This document shows, in pieces, positions 8,372 through 20,462 of a stretch of 32,000 bases of DNA. Each line of letters begins with the position of its first letter. The first letter of the stretch is position 1. This DNA comes from Mycolicibacterium smegmatis. Lineage in GTDB: Bacteria; Actinomycetota; Actinomycetes; Mycobacteriales; Mycobacteriaceae. The notes beneath the pieces are model-generated. The model ran no database searches. It had not been told where the DNA came from and worked only from the letters and a program-made list of their open reading frames with translations. The stretch is taken from positions 4,770,001-4,802,000 of the forward strand of contig NZ_LN831039.1 in NCBI RefSeq assembly GCF_001457595.1, written 5' to 3'. The position numbers and the translations under genes are program-made.

Positions 8372-9078
8372 TGTTCGAGGGACTCGGCACCCAACATCTG
8401 ACACTGATCTGGCATGGAGCCCTGGTCACCGTGCAGATCTGCACTCTCTCAGTACTTTTCGGAGGCGCACTGGGAATCGTCATCGGTTTGATGTCGACAG
8501 CACCAATACGGGTGCTGCGGTGGGTGGCAGCGCTCTACGTAGCGGTGATCCGCGGCATACCGGTGTTGTTGATCATCTTCTTCGTCTACTTCGGCATCCC
8601 TCTACTCGCGCCGGGCAGCAGCCTCTCGGAGTACTGGGCTGCCGTGATCGCGCTGTCGGTGTTCGCCTCGGCCTATGTCGGCGAACTGGTGCGCGGCAGC
8701 ATCCAAGCGGTCCCGCACGGGCAGTTCGAGGCGGCCGACGCACTCGGGTTGTCCTACGCACAGCGCATGCGCTGGGTGATCCTGCCGCAGGCGGCGCGAG
8801 TGATCGTGCCGCCGGGCGTCGGGTTCCTGGTGGTGCTGATCAAGGACAGTTCGCTGGTGGCGGTCATCGGCCTCATCGAACTGACGCGGGCCGGAAACGT
8901 GGTCAGCTCGCTGACCGCCGACCCGATCACCACCTATCTGATCGTCGGCGCGTGTTACTTCGTCATCTGCTATGCGCTCTCGTCGCTGGGGCGCCGCTAC
9001 GAGCGCCGACTCGGCGTTCACGTCAAAGCCCCCGAGGTCGGCGACGCCCTCAAACTCACCACAGGAGCGAAGAAATGA
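8371..9078 (+). CDS. Amino-acid ABC transporter permease (HisM/GlnP type)
   Basis: [31 protein letters not shown]...[22 protein letters not shown]...[41 protein letters not shown]. Start overlaps the previous stop (TGATG). Confidence 0.92.
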   Translation: MFEGLGTQHLTLIWHGALVTVQICTLSVLFGGALGIVIGLMSTAPIRVLRWVAALYVAVIRGIPVLLIIFFVYFGIPLLAPGSSLSEYWAAVIALSVFASAYVGELVRGSIQAVPHGQFEAADALGLSYAQRMRWVILPQAARVIVPPGVGFLVVLIKDSSLVAVIGLIELTRAGNVVSSLTADPITTYLIVGACYFVICYALSSLGRRYERRLGVHVKAPEVGDALKLTTGAKK

Positions 9079-9803
9079 TCAAGGTCGACGGACTGCGGTT
9101 GAGCTTCGGCGACACCGAGGTGCTGCATGGTGTTTCGTGCACCGTGGCCGAAGGCGAGGTGGTGTGCATCATCGGGGCTTCCGGATCGGGTAAGAGCACC
9201 CTGCTGCGCTGTATGAACGGGTTGGAGCGCCCGTCGCACGGCACGATCGTCATCAACGGCCACACCCTCGGACCGCAGGAGAAGACGGCCGACCTGGCGG
9301 TGGTGCGCCGCGACGTGGGCATGGTGTTCCAGCACTTCAATCTCTTCCCACACATGACCGTCATGGACAACATCACTCTGGCGCCTCGTCGCGTGCTCAG
9401 GCGCAGCAGGGACGAGGCGCAGGAGCGGGCGCGCACCCTGCTGTCCAGAGTGGGACTGGCCGACAAGGCCGACGTCTATCCCGATTCCCTGTCGGGTGGC
9501 CAGAAGCAGCGTGTGGCCATCGCCCGTGCGCTCGCGATGGACCCGACCATCATGCTGTTCGACGAACCGACATCGGCACTGGACCCCGAAATCGTGGGTG
9601 AGGTGCTGACTGTGATGAAAGACCTTGCCGCCGAGGGTATGACGATGGTCGTGGTGACCCACGAGATGGGCTTCGCCCGCGAGGTGTCCGACCGGGTGAT
9701 CTACATGGACAAGGGCACCATCGTCGAAACCGCCGGACCGACGGAACTGTTCACCTCGCCTGAGGAAGCCCGTACGCGCGAGTTCCTCAGCAAGGTGCTC
9801 TGA
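9075..9803 (+). CDS. Amino-acid ABC transporter ATP-binding protein (GlnQ/HisP type)
   Basis: Walker [10 protein letters not shown], signature LSGGQKQR, Walker [16 protein letters not shown]-loop [23 protein letters not shown] overlap with the previous gene. Confidence 0.95.
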   Translation: MIKVDGLRLSFGDTEVLHGVSCTVAEGEVVCIIGASGSGKSTLLRCMNGLERPSHGTIVINGHTLGPQEKTADLAVVRRDVGMVFQHFNLFPHMTVMDNITLAPRRVLRRSRDEAQERARTLLSRVGLADKADVYPDSLSGGQKQRVAIARALAMDPTIMLFDEPTSALDPEIVGEVLTVMKDLAAEGMTMVVVTHEMGFAREVSDRVIYMDKGTIVETAGPTELFTSPEEARTREFLSKVL

Positions 9804-9804
9804 C

Positions 9805-11394
9805 ATGCCCGCACTGGACTTCCTGCTGACCGGGGCACAGATCGTCGACGGCACCGGAGCTCGCGCCCGTCGCGCCGATATCGGGCTGCGCGGTGACCGC
9901 ATCGAGTTCGTCGGTTTGTCACCCGACGCCAAGGCCGTCACCACCGTGGACTGCACCGGCATGCTCATCACCCCGGGACTCATCGACCCACACAGCCACA
10001 GCGACTGGTCGGCACTGGGCAATCCCGACGCGTTCAGCACGATCCACCAGGGCGTCACCACCGAGGTGGTCGGCAACTGCGGGGTCACCTACGCGCCCAT
10101 CGGCGACGACGACGTCGACGCGACCGCGGGCGCCCTGCGCGCGATGGGCTACCAGGGACCGATCGACTGGCGTGACTTCGGCGAGTACGTGGCCCGTGTG
10201 CACTCGGGGCCCACGGCGCAGAACCTCATGTGGTTCGTCGGGCACACCGCGCTGCGCTCCGCGGCGCGACGAGCCACCGACGGGCTGCGCGAACAGATCC
10301 GCTTGCTCGAAGACGCCATGGACGCCGGCGCGATCGGCTTCTCCAGCGGCCTCGAGTACGGCTCGGGACGGTTCGCCACGACCGAGGAACTCGTCGCCCT
10401 GGCCCGGGCGGCGGGACGACGGGATGGCATGTACGCCAGTCACATCCGCAACCGCGATGCCGACCTGGACGCGGCCGTCGAGGAATTCTTCACGATCGTG
10501 ACCGCGGGCGGGGTCCGCGCGCAGCTGTCGCATCTCAACGTCCGCCACGACACCGGTGCCCCACCGGGTGCCTGGGCTCGGGCCGCCGACCGGGTGGTCG
10601 CCGAAAGACGTCGCGGGACTGACGTACTCGCGGACATGACACCCTATCCCCACGGCATCGGCATGGCCACCGGACTGCTGCCGGGCTGGCTGGTCGAGCG
10701 CCCCGCCGCCGAGGTCGCGGCGCTGCTCGGTGACCGCGAGATCCGGGACCGGGTCCGCCTCGACGGCGACCGCTATTGGCGGTTCGTACATCGCGGCCAG
10801 TGGCACCGGGTGCGCCTCGGCGTCAGCACCACCCATCCGGAATGGGAAGGTCTGTCGTTCCCCGAGATCGCCGAACGGCACGGCACCGACGAGTGGGAAT
10901 GCCTGTTCGACATTCTCGCCGCGGCCGGGGCGGAGATGGGCGGCGTCCAGTTGCTCGGTGATCTGTTCAGCGCGGACCATCTGGCCGAGGCCATCGGCCA
11001 TGATCACTTCTTGCTCGGTGTCGACGCCTTCACGACATGCCGTCATGGTGCGCTCGACGGCAGAACACGCAATCCGCTGTTCTATCACGGGCATACGCAC
11101 TATCTGGCTCATCACGTGCCTGCGGGGACCCTGACGTTGGAGACCGCGATCCACAAGATGACCGGAAAGGTCGCCGAACATTTCGACATGCGTGACCGGG
11201 GAGAACTTCGGGCGGGCGCATTCGCCGACATCGTCGTCTTCGATCCGGCCGTCATCGACCGCACCGACACCTGGGGTCTGCCGACCCGATATGCCGAGGC
11301 GGCCCGTCACGTGTGGGTCAACGGCGTACCCGTCGTCACCGACGCTGTCCACACCGGCCGAAGGCCTGGAGTCATGCTCACCCACCGGTCGTGA
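9805..11394 (+). CDS. N-acyl-D-amino-acid deacylase (D-aminoacylase) / amidohydrolase superfamily
   Basis: MPALDFLLTGAQIVDGTGARARRADIG...LITPGLIDPHSHSDW...GVTTEVVGNCGVTYAPI...KMTGKVAEHFDMRDRGELRAGAFADIVVFDP. Confidence 0.9.
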   Translation: MPALDFLLTGAQIVDGTGARARRADIGLRGDRIEFVGLSPDAKAVTTVDCTGMLITPGLIDPHSHSDWSALGNPDAFSTIHQGVTTEVVGNCGVTYAPIGDDDVDATAGALRAMGYQGPIDWRDFGEYVARVHSGPTAQNLMWFVGHTALRSAARRATDGLREQIRLLEDAMDAGAIGFSSGLEYGSGRFATTEELVALARAAGRRDGMYASHIRNRDADLDAAVEEFFTIVTAGGVRAQLSHLNVRHDTGAPPGAWARAADRVVAERRRGTDVLADMTPYPHGIGMATGLLPGWLVERPAAEVAALLGDREIRDRVRLDGDRYWRFVHRGQWHRVRLGVSTTHPEWEGLSFPEIAERHGTDEWECLFDILAAAGAEMGGVQLLGDLFSADHLAEAIGHDHFLLGVDAFTTCRHGALDGRTRNPLFYHGHTHYLAHHVPAGTLTLETAIHKMTGKVAEHFDMRDRGELRAGAFADIVVFDPAVIDRTDTWGLPTRYAEAARHVWVNGVPVVTDAVHTGRRPGVMLTHRS

Positions 11395-11434
11395 ACCTCA
11401 CGACAGCACCCTCACTCAAGGAGCACCGAAACCC

Positions 11435-12571
11435 ATGAAGATCACCGACATTCAGACGTGCGGCCTGCGCGGCGCCACTCCAGAGGGCGGCTGGTCCAAC
11501 GAGCTGCGGCCCGACGACGTCGTCCACACCTTGGTCGCCGTACACACCGATACCGGCCAGGTCGGCATCGGCAGCGCGTTCACCACCGAGGGGTTGGTGG
11601 CGGCCGCCGTGGATCTGCTCGCGCCACAGCTGATCGGTCAGAGCGCGCTGGAGGCCGAACGGCTCACCGAGACGCTGCACCAGAGCGCGTTCTGGATGGG
11701 CCGCGGCGGTTCGCTCACCCACGCCACCAGCGCGATAGACATCGCGTTGTGGGATCTGGCCGGGCAGGCTCTCGGGCAGCCGGTCGGGCGGCTGCTGGGT
11801 GGCCGCTATCGCGATCGGGTACGCCCATACGCCTCGGTGCTCATGGACGAGGCCCCGGCGATGACCGAGAACCTGTCGGAGCTTGTCGACCAGGGCTTCA
11901 CCGCGTTCAAGATCGGCTGGTGGAAGTTCGGCCGCGTGGACGCGCAAACCGACGAGCGCACCGTGGCCGCTGCGCGGGAGGCCGTCGGCGATCATCTGCT
12001 GGCGGTCGACGCCGGTGGATCCGAGGCGTTCTTCCCGGGCGGCCTGTCGTGGGCGAAACGCACCGCCGACATGCTGGCCGACTATGGCGTCGCATGGTTC
12101 GAGGAGGCGCTGGCACCCGACGACCTCGACGGGTTCACGGAACTGCGAAGGCATTCCAAGATTCCGATCAGCGGTGGTGAGGTGCTCACGCGCCGGCAGA
12201 CCTTCCTTCCGTTCCTGGATGCGGGGGCCTTCGACATCGTGCAGCCGGACACCACGAAGGGCGGTGGTCTCAGCGAGTCACGCCGCATCGGCTGGGCGGC
12301 CCAGGACCGCGGCATCAGGTTGGTACCGCACGGCTGGAACACCGCGGTGGGGTTGGCCGCCGATCTGCATCTGGCATCCGCACTGGCCGCCACCGATCTC
12401 GTCGAGTACAAGACCGGATCGGCATACATCGACGAACTCGTCTGCGCCGGATGGGAGCTCGACCGCGACGGAATGCTCGCGATTCCGGAGACACCGGGGC
12501 TCGGCATCACGCTGGATCCGGCCGCCCTCGAGCGCTACGGCACTCGGCCTTCCTTCGCCGATCCGCGATGA
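11435..12571 (+). CDS. Enolase superfamily (mandelate racemase/muconate lactonizing) protein, probable sugar-acid dehydratase
   Basis: MKITDIQTCGLRG...SAIDIALWDLAGQALGQPVGRLLGG...FKIGWW...VDAGG...WFEEAL...SGGEVL...DIVQPDTTKGGG...LVPHGWNT. The metal-binding D/E/E and the Asp-His dyad are visible. Confidence 0.9.
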   Translation: MKITDIQTCGLRGATPEGGWSNELRPDDVVHTLVAVHTDTGQVGIGSAFTTEGLVAAAVDLLAPQLIGQSALEAERLTETLHQSAFWMGRGGSLTHATSAIDIALWDLAGQALGQPVGRLLGGRYRDRVRPYASVLMDEAPAMTENLSELVDQGFTAFKIGWWKFGRVDAQTDERTVAAAREAVGDHLLAVDAGGSEAFFPGGLSWAKRTADMLADYGVAWFEEALAPDDLDGFTELRRHSKIPISGGEVLTRRQTFLPFLDAGAFDIVQPDTTKGGGLSESRRIGWAAQDRGIRLVPHGWNTAVGLAADLHLASALAATDLVEYKTGSAYIDELVCAGWELDRDGMLAIPETPGLGITLDPAALERYGTRPSFADPR

Positions 12572-13188
12572 ACGACGTGTTCGATCATCGCGTGATCCCG
12601 CTCGCCACCGTGCGGGATCCGGGTCACGTCGACGTGATCGGCGACGGTCTCGTCGACGGGGGCCTGCCCGTGGTCGAGGTCGCGCTGCGTGGTGAGTACG
12701 GTCTGGCCGCGATCCGCAGACTGTCGGCGCGGGGCGACATTCTGGTGGGCGCGGGGACCGTCCGCTCGGTCGCGCAGGCCGCTGACGCGATCGAGGCAGG
12801 CGCACGGTTCATCGTGTCTCCCAACCTCGACGATGATGTCGTCGAGTTCGTCGGCCGCGCCGGGCTGGCGGTCATCCCCGGCGTGCTGACGCCCACCGAG
12901 GTGGGCAACGCCGTGCGGCTCGGCCTGCACAGGCTCAAGTTGTTTCCGGCCGCTGCCGTCGACGCCCGCGCGCTGCTCACCGCGTATCGCGCGGTCTTTC
13001 CCGACGTGGCCTTCATGCCCTCGGCAGGCATCACCGCGGCATCGATGGCGGAACTGTTGGAACTGCAGGCGGTTTTCGCCGTCAGCGGCAGCTGGATCAC
13101 CGCAGCGGCCGCGAGAGGCGCGACCGCGGTGGCCGAGGAGGCACGGGCCGCCGTCACGATCGCGACCGGAGGACGGTGGCGCGCGTGA
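12568..13188 (+). CDS. KDPG/KHG-type aldolase (Eda family)
   Basis: VVEVALR (catalytic Glu/Arg), VGAGTV, FIVSPNLDDDV, HRLKLFPAAAV (Schiff-base Lys), MPSAGITAASM, VSGSW. ATGA overlap with the dehydratase gene. Confidence 0.92.
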   Translation: MNDVFDHRVIPLATVRDPGHVDVIGDGLVDGGLPVVEVALRGEYGLAAIRRLSARGDILVGAGTVRSVAQAADAIEAGARFIVSPNLDDDVVEFVGRAGLAVIPGVLTPTEVGNAVRLGLHRLKLFPAAAVDARALLTAYRAVFPDVAFMPSAGITAASMAELLELQAVFAVSGSWITAAAARGATAVAEEARAAVTIATGGRWRA

Positions 13189-14144
13189 CTCCCCTATTCG
13201 ACGTCGTCACGGTCGGTGAGAGTCTCGGCCTGCTCACGGCATCACGGTCCGGTCGCCTCCACCACAACCGCGATCTGCGACTGGGATTCGGTGGCGCCGA
13301 GAGCAATGTGGCGATCGGAGTCGCTCGGCTGGGCGCAACGGCGGCCTGGATCGGCCGGGTGGGCGACGACAGCCTCGGCGAACTCATCGTGCGCGAATTA
13401 CGGGCCGAGGGGGTCCACGCCTTCCCGGTGGTCGACCGCGGCGCCTCGACCGCGCTGATGATCAAGGAACACCCATATCCGGGCGCCGCCCGCATCACCT
13501 ATTACCGTCGCGGGCAGGCCGGCAGCCGACTGCAGCCGCGTGACGTGCCCGACAGCGTCGTGTCGGACACGAAAATCCTTCATCTCACCGGCATTTCGGC
13601 GGGCTTGGGTGCCTCCACGCTGGCCACGGCCCATGCCGCGGCGGACGCCGCGGCTTCGGCGGGTGCGACGATCTCCTTCGATGTCAACCATCGCACCGCA
13701 CTGTGGCAGGACCGCGGCGCGGCCTCGGCGGCCTACCTCGAACTCGCCCGCCGGGCGCATATCGTGTTCGCCGGGGAAGAGGAGGCCTTCCTGCTCACCG
13801 GGATCGACACCGCTCATGGCCAACTCGATGCCCTGTTGAGCCTCGGCGTCGACTGCGCGGTGATCAAACTCGGCGCGGACGGCGCGATCGCTGCCACCGC
13901 CACGGACAGGCTCTCGGCCCCGGCCGTGCCGGTGCCGGTGGTGGACACCGTCGGCGCGGGAGACGCCTTCGTCGCGGGGTGGCTGGCAGAACTCGCCGGT
14001 GGCGCCGGCGTTGGACTGTGCCTGGACACCGCGGTGGCCTGTGGCGCGTTCGCCTGCACGGGTGAAGGCGACTGGGAATCGGCGCCGGGCCGCGACGACC
14101 TCGACTGGCTGCGCCGCGGCCCGGCCGATCCCGTTCTGCGTTAG
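13185..14144 (+). CDS. PfkB-family carbohydrate kinase, probable 2-keto-3-deoxy-sugar-acid kinase
   Basis: [15 protein letters not shown]...[44 protein letters not shown]...[15 protein letters not shown] signature. GTG 13185 overlaps the aldolase stop (GTGA); alternative GTG at 13176. Confidence 0.9.
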   Translation: MTPLFDVVTVGESLGLLTASRSGRLHHNRDLRLGFGGAESNVAIGVARLGATAAWIGRVGDDSLGELIVRELRAEGVHAFPVVDRGASTALMIKEHPYPGAARITYYRRGQAGSRLQPRDVPDSVVSDTKILHLTGISAGLGASTLATAHAAADAAASAGATISFDVNHRTALWQDRGAASAAYLELARRAHIVFAGEEEAFLLTGIDTAHGQLDALLSLGVDCAVIKLGADGAIAATATDRLSAPAVPVPVVDTVGAGDAFVAGWLAELAGGAGVGLCLDTAVACGAFACTGEGDWESAPGRDDLDWLRRGPADPVLR

Positions 14145-14749
14145 TCGAATTCGGGGCTCTCGGTGCGGGACCGCTTGAGCTCCCAGAAGTGCGGGTAGGA
14201 CGCGAAGGTGACGGAGGCGTCCCACAACTTGCCGGCCTCCTCGCCGCGCGGGATGCGCGACAGGACCGGGCCGAAGAACGCGACGCCGTTGACGTGGATG
14301 GTGGGGGTGCCGACGTCGTCACCGACGGCGTCCATGCCGGCGTGGTGGCTGCGACGCAGCGCCTCGTCGTACTTGTCGGTGGTGGCGGCCTCCGCCAGCT
14401 CGGCGGGCAGGCCCACCTCCTCGAGCGACTGCGCGATCACCTCGTCGAAGTTCTTGTTGTCCTGGTTGTGGATCCGGGTGCCCATCGCGGTGTAGAGCGG
14501 CGACAGGATCTCGGAGCCCTTGAGCTGCTCGGCGGCGATCGCGACGCGGACCGGGCCCCAGGCCTTCTTCATCATCTCCTGGTATTCCTCGGGCAGGTCC
14601 CTGCCCTCGTTGAGGACCGCCAGGCTCATCACGTGGAACTGCACCTCGATGTCACGCACCTTCTCCACTTCGAGAATCCAGCGCGAGGTGATCCAGCACC
14701 ACGGGCACAACGGGTCGAACCAGAAACCTGCGACATCCTTCTGAGCCAT
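14141..14749 (-). CDS. DsbA/FrnE-like thioredoxin-fold protein (Rv2466c-type mycothiol-dependent reductase)
   Basis: [47 protein letters not shown] with the CPWC active site; next to pepN as in M. tuberculosis. ATG 14749 is preferred over the longer track ORF start at 14839. Confidence 0.9.
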   Translation of the reverse strand: MAQKDVAGFWFDPLCPWCWITSRWILEVEKVRDIEVQFHVMSLAVLNEGRDLPEEYQEMMKKAWGPVRVAIAAEQLKGSEILSPLYTAMGTRIHNQDNKNFDEVIAQSLEEVGLPAELAEAATTDKYDEALRRSHHAGMDAVGDDVGTPTIHVNGVAFFGPVLSRIPRGEEAGKLWDASVTFASYPHFWELKRSRTESPEFD

Positions 14750-14999
14750 CAACGCGTCCTCTCCACAACCGGTCGGAATTCCGTTCAGCACAACTGCCGG
14801 CGCGCCCGCGGTGTTCCCACTCACATCCGACGCAGACAAACCGGCCGAGCTTGCACAGGAAAGTCACAGCGGAAAGCACGCAACGCAGATAGTGCGCCGA
14901 TCTTTATCGAACCGTGTTTCCTCTGTGACCTACGTCTACCACCGTTACAGAAACGTACTAGAGCGCTGTGAGTGCTCTCCGTGACAATTGAGGAGCCAC

Positions 15000-15404
15000 A
15001 TGTCCGCTCGCCTCCCCGCGGTGCTCGTCACCGCCGCCGCCCTTGCCGCCGGTGTCGGCGCCACCCCCGCCCACGCCGACCCGGCGGCTCCCGGCGCCCC
15101 TGGCAATCCGGTGGACCGCTCGTTTCTGACCGCGCTGAACAACGCGGGCGTCGGCTACGCGGACCCGGACGCGGCCGTGCGCCTGGGGCAGGACGTGTGC
15201 CCGATGCTGGTCGAACCGGGGAAGAACTTCGCGTCGGTCGTGACGAAGCTGCGCGGGGACCGCAGCGTCGTCTCCCCTGACGTCGCGGCATTCTTCGCCG
15301 GGATCGCGATCTCCATGTACTGCCCCCAGATGATCTCCGGAATCGGCGACGGGACCCTGTTGCGCATGCTGGCGGTTCCCGGCCTGGGCGCATTGGGCCG
15401 GTAG
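15000..15404 (+). CDS. Small secreted protein, DUF732 family
   Basis: Signal peptide MSARLPAVLVTAAALAAGVGATPAHA, then DRSFLTALNNAGVGYADPDAAVRLGQDVCPMLVEPG...GIAISMYCPQM, typical mycobacterial DUF732 with two Cys. AGGAG precedes the ATG. Confidence 0.85.
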   Translation: MSARLPAVLVTAAALAAGVGATPAHADPAAPGAPGNPVDRSFLTALNNAGVGYADPDAAVRLGQDVCPMLVEPGKNFASVVTKLRGDRSVVSPDVAAFFAGIAISMYCPQMISGIGDGTLLRMLAVPGLGALGR

Positions 15405-15441
15405 GTCGGCCGGTGTCCCCGCCAGCCGATAGGTTGGACGG

Positions 15442-18024
<2,583 letters not shown>

Positions 18025-18114
18025 CACCCCGCACCGCGACCGTGCGTGGTTGCTGCTCGACACGCCGGAAAACAGCAGCATTCCGCGCACGCTCGCGGGC
18101 CATACCCTTGGCCG

Positions 18115-18465
18115 GTGGCCGTCAGTCGTACCCGTTCAGCACGGTATGCCCGCAGGCGTAAGCGCAGGCTCGACGCTGTCGTCAACGACCTCACCCCCGC
18201 ACAGTGGGAGGCGATCAAGCAGGCGTGGGGCGGCTGCGCCTACTGCGGGGCCACCGGCGGCCCGTTCCAGAAGGACTGCGTCATGGCGATCTCGCGGGGC
18301 GGGCGCTACACCGTCGACAACGTCGTGCCCGCATGCGGATCGTGCAACGCAAGCAAGTGCAACGACGAGGTGACCGGCTGGCTGCGTCGTAAACGCCTCG
18401 ACGAGCGGCGGTTCCTCACGCGCTACGTCGAGATCCGCGCCCGACTGACCGCGCAGTTCGCGTAG
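18115..18465 (+). CDS. Small HNH-endonuclease-like protein
   Basis: CAYCGATGGPFQKDCVMAISRGGRYTVDNVVPACGSCNASKCNDEVTGW: CxxC...CxxCN zinc ribbon and HNH-like core. Start GTG 18115 (VAVSRTRSARYARRRKRRL). Confidence 0.78.
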   Translation: MAVSRTRSARYARRRKRRLDAVVNDLTPAQWEAIKQAWGGCAYCGATGGPFQKDCVMAISRGGRYTVDNVVPACGSCNASKCNDEVTGWLRRKRLDERRFLTRYVEIRARLTAQFA

Positions 18466-18480
18466 CGCCCCCACAAACGC

Positions 18481-18514
18481 CGCGAGCGACCGTGCTCACG
18501 CACGGTCGCTCGCG
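18481..18514. terminator. Perfect 15-bp inverted repeat CGCGAGCGACCGTGC-TCAC-GCACGGTCGCTCGCG, probable bidirectional terminator
   Basis: Arms 18481-18495 and 18500-18514 are exact reverse complements, placed between convergent genes ending at 18465 (+) and 18527 (-). No T tract follows on either strand. Confidence 0.7.
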
Positions 18515-18526
18515 ATCGAAAAAGGT

Positions 18527-19238
<712 letters not shown>

Positions 19239-19277
19239 TCAGTCGCCAACTGTGCGCGCGCCGACAGTGAGGCCCGT

Positions 19278-19949
19278 TCAGGCCGCGCCCTCGCCCAGAT
19301 ACCGCACCCAGGCCGGGTCGAGCTCCTTGACCGTCGACAACAGCCGCCAGTGCTGGCCTTTCGGCGGCATCGGCACGCACCGCAGCGTCCACCCCAGCTC
19401 GGTGAGCAGCCGGTCGGCCTTGCGGTGGTTGCACGTCGCACACGCCGCGACGCAGTTCTCCCACGAGTGCTCGCCGCCGCGGCTGCGGGGCACGACGTGG
19501 TCGACGGTGTCGGCGCGGCCGCCGCAGTACGCGCAGCGGAACCGGTCGCGGTGCATCAGCGCGGCCCGCGTCATGGGGACGCGCGCCCGGTACGGCACGC
19601 GCACGTAGGTGCGCAGCCGGATCACCGACGGCACGACGATCGACCGCGACGCCGAGTGGATGACCGGGCTGGTGGGGTCGTCGTGCACGACGTCGGCCTT
19701 GCCGCACACCACCATGATCACCGCGCGACGCAGCGGCAGCGCCGTGAGCGGCTCGTATGTGGCGTTGAGCAACAGGACCCTGCGACGCCCCCACAGTGAC
19801 GCGTCGGGCTCGGCGGACGCGAGCGGCTCGACGCTGTGCAGTGGGCGGTTGGGCACAAGAGGCCCCGCTGGGCCGGGTATGTGGCCGGTCCGTCGTGTAT
19901 GGGCTTTTCTGCTGTGCGCCATGGAGCCTCCGGAGAGACAGTCCACCAC
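19278..19949 (-). CDS. HNH endonuclease family protein (Rv2469c-type)
   Basis: VLLLNATYEPLTALPLRRAVIMVVCGKADVV...FRCAYCGGRADTVDHVVPRSRGGEHSWENCVAACATCNHRKADR, a canonical CxxC-DHVVPRSRGG-CxxCNxxK HNH. Alternative ATG at 19922. Confidence 0.87.
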   Translation of the reverse strand: MVDCLSGGSMAHSRKAHTRRTGHIPGPAGPLVPNRPLHSVEPLASAEPDASLWGRRRVLLLNATYEPLTALPLRRAVIMVVCGKADVVHDDPTSPVIHSASRSIVVPSVIRLRTYVRVPYRARVPMTRAALMHRDRFRCAYCGGRADTVDHVVPRSRGGEHSWENCVAACATCNHRKADRLLTELGWTLRCVPMPPKGQHWRLLSTVKELDPAWVRYLGEGAA

Positions 19950-20057
19950 GGATCACTGCCGATCGCACGATAATTCTTCGGGTGTTCGCAGGTCAGTCCG
20001 ATGAACACCAGGTGACGGGCCCGTCCTCGCCCGGCGGGCGGCCGCAGATCAGGAACA

Positions 20058-20462
20058 ATGGGTGACGTGACGCAGGTGCAACGATCTTTCTACGACGAAG
20101 TCGGTGGCCACGACACGTTCCATGCCATCGTGTCGCGGTTCTACCAGCTGGTGCGCGAGGACGAGATCCTGCATCCGCTGTATCCGGAGGACGATTTCGA
20201 GGGCGCCGAGGAACGGTTGCGGATGTTCCTCGAGCAGTACTGGGGTGGTCCGCGCACCTACTCCGACCAGCGCGGGCACCCGCGGCTGCGGATGCGTCAC
20301 GCGCCGTTCCGCATCGGTTTCCTCGAGCGCGACGCGTGGTTGCGGTGCATGCACACCGCGGTCGCCGAGATCGATTCGCAGACGCTGGACGACGCGCACC
20401 GCCGCGCGTTGCTCGACTACCTCCAGATGGCCGCGGACTCGATGGTGAACTCGGCGTTCTGA
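20058..20462 (+). CDS. glbO: Truncated hemoglobin, group II (trHbO)
   Basis: [77 protein letters not shown] is diagnostic of mycobacterial GlbO. Confidence 0.96.
   Translation: MGDVTQVQRSFYDEVGGHDTFHAIVSRFYQLVREDEILHPLYPEDDFEGAEERLRMFLEQYWGGPRTYSDQRGHPRLRMRHAPFRIGFLERDAWLRCMHTAVAEIDSQTLDDAHRRALLDYLQMAADSMVNSAF

Noticed and set aside
9919-11385. 488-aa minus-strand ORF antisense to the D-aminoacylase gene
   Set aside because: Covers almost exactly the same span as the well-supported plus-strand enzyme; no recognisable domain, explained by codon bias.
2357-14749. Searched for mobile elements, integrases, att-like direct repeats, anti-phage genes or CRISPR arrays around the accessory block
   Set aside because: None seen. 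The genes are metabolic and regulatory, with native-looking GC content and codon usage, and no repeated spacer/repeat structure anywhere in the window.
14970-14985. AGAGCgctgtgaGTGCTCT partial inverted repeat upstream of the DUF732 gene
   Set aside because: Only 4-5 bp of effective pairing; not distinguishable from chance in this composition.
19278-19949. HNH protein considered as part of a restriction or defence system with the second HNH at 18115
   Set aside because: Both sit in the conserved housekeeping neighbourhood (pepN-glbO) with no methyltransferase or helicase partner. The gene matches the widespread actinobacterial HNH family, so defence cannot be supported from the sequence.
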